Shown here: one piece after another, positions 63,423 through 64,000 of the stretch
How positions within the stretch are numbered: the stretch's first letter is position 1
How the letters are laid out: each line of letters begins with the position of its first letter
Assembly (NCBI GenBank): GCA_964551605.1
Contig: CAZKCV010000005.1
Location: 7,104-71,103, forward strand
Direction: 5' to 3'
Source: an uncultured Gammaproteobacteria bacterium
GTDB lineage: Bacteria; Patescibacteriota; Microgenomatia; Daviesbacterales; UBA10151
Length of the DNA stretch: 64,000 nucleotides
The notes under the pieces: model-generated
The model's input: only the letters and a program-made list of their open reading frames with translations
What the model was told of the DNA's origin: nothing
Databases searched by the model: none
Position numbers and translations under genes: made by a program

Positions 63423-64000
63423 ATGATACCTAATTTACTTAAATTATCCAACTTCACCAGTTACGGCGAAGATCCTCCGGAACTGGATTTTACTAAATTT
63501 AAACTGGCGGCCATTTCCGGATTAAACGGAGCCGGCAAATCATCTCTACTTGATGCCATAACCTGGTGTTTATGGGGCACTTCCCGGGCTGGGGATTCCT
63601 CGGACGATCTTGTCCATTTGGGTGCCCAGGAAATGAGCGTGGAATTCTCTTTTGAACTGGACAACCACCTTTATACCGTTAAAAGGAAACGGATCAAAAA
63701 AGGCGGCGGCCAAACAGCTTTGGAGCTTTGGTCCAATTCCCACAATTTAACTGAGGGAACAATTAAATCCACCCAACAAAAAATAATAGATAGCCTGCAC
63801 TTAAGTTTTGAAACCTTTACCAATTCTGCCTACCTTCGCCAGGGCCATGCCGATGAATTTACCACCAAGGGTCCGACTGACAGGAAAAGAATCCTGGCAG
63901 ATATTTTGGGACTGGACCACTATGATAAGTTGGAAGAAAAAGCCAAAGAAAAATCCAAAGAAGCCCAAACTAAATTGACCCTGCTGGATTACCAGCTGCT
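63423..64000 (+). CDS. sbcC: Nuclease SbcC (Rad50-like ATPase), N-terminal part; continues past the window end
   Basis: MIPNLLKLSNFTSYGE..., Walker A AISGLNGAGKSSLLDAITWCLWG, and the start of the coiled coil. Confidence 0.8.
   Translation, partial: MIPNLLKLSNFTSYGEDPPELDFTKFKLAAISGLNGAGKSSLLDAITWCLWGTSRAGDSSDDLVHLGAQEMSVEFSFELDNHLYTVKRKRIKKGGGQTALELWSNSHNLTEGTIKSTQQKIIDSLHLSFETFTNSAYLRQGHADEFTTKGPTDRKRILADILGLDHYDKLEEKAKEKSKEAQTKLTLLDYQL

Noticed and set aside
1-64000. CRISPR arrays, rRNA and tRNA genes
   Set aside because: I scanned all intergenic gaps longer than 60 bp. The tandem repeats found are unspaced 7-8-mers or palindromes, not repeat-spacer arrays. There is no GTTCGAATC-type T-loop/acceptor structure and no rRNA-like conserved blocks.

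Overview
This 64-kb window is a gene-dense bacterial chromosomal segment using the standard genetic code (TGA terminates rpoB and others). Its character (N-terminally truncated housekeeping proteins, sortase plus type-IV-pilus-like PilN/PilO genes, many toxin-antitoxin pairs, a DGR, an intein) fits a small-genome, CPR/Patescibacteria-like organism; that assignment is an inference from the sequence.

Positions 1-33.9 kb are an almost unbroken minus-strand run of core genes. They include rpoC (partial) and rpoB, a monofunctional riboflavin kinase, mltG, ruvX, a sortase, alaS, a RodZ-like protein, tsaC, ftsK, RNase J, a Lon-like AAA+ module with no protease domain, pnp and rpsO, infB and nusA, and an hrcA-grpE-dnaK-dnaJ operon with a CIRCE-like operator and intercistronic hairpins.

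Positions 34-47 kb are mixed-strand: a DUF5678/retropepsin-like protease pair, nadK, an LD-carboxypeptidase, RelE/ParE and VapBC toxin-antitoxin pairs, lepA, murJ, rpsT, pilN/pilO-like genes with an FN3/dockerin surface protein, holA-like, an LCP protein and tpiA.

The most notable region is 46.8-53.5 kb. It holds a complete diversity-generating retroelement (DGR): a reverse transcriptase with the IGNLTSQ/YADD signature, translationally coupled to an alkyltransferase-like (ATL, PWHRV) protein; an Avd four-helix-bundle gene; and a 113-bp template repeat. The template repeat differs from the variable repeat in the 3' end of an adjacent target gene at 22 adenine positions plus one C/T mismatch. 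Immediately beside it is a thioredoxin gene interrupted at the WCGPC active site by a 479-aa LAGLIDADG intein. Next is a UvrD/PcrA helicase carrying a 99-bp in-frame perfect-TIR palindromic element, a 99-bp GTCATTGCGAG-family element and three further in-frame inserts.

The rest of the window (53.5-64 kb) has a 3D-domain protein plus a downstream 3' remnant of a second copy, a paralogous secreted-protein family, a DUF4258/DUF2283 toxin-antitoxin pair, FemAB-like, methyltransferase, LUD-domain and M24 peptidase genes, sbcD and a partial sbcC.

Across the window there are several dispersed repeat families: a ~80-bp repeat with nested perfect palindromes (CCACCTC-G-GAGGTGG), a GTCATYCTGAG palindromic family, in-frame heptanucleotide tandem repeats inside mltG, uvrD, a FemAB-like gene and sbcD, and complementary 13-mers in the pnp leader and 3' UTR. 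I found no rRNA, tRNA or CRISPR array.
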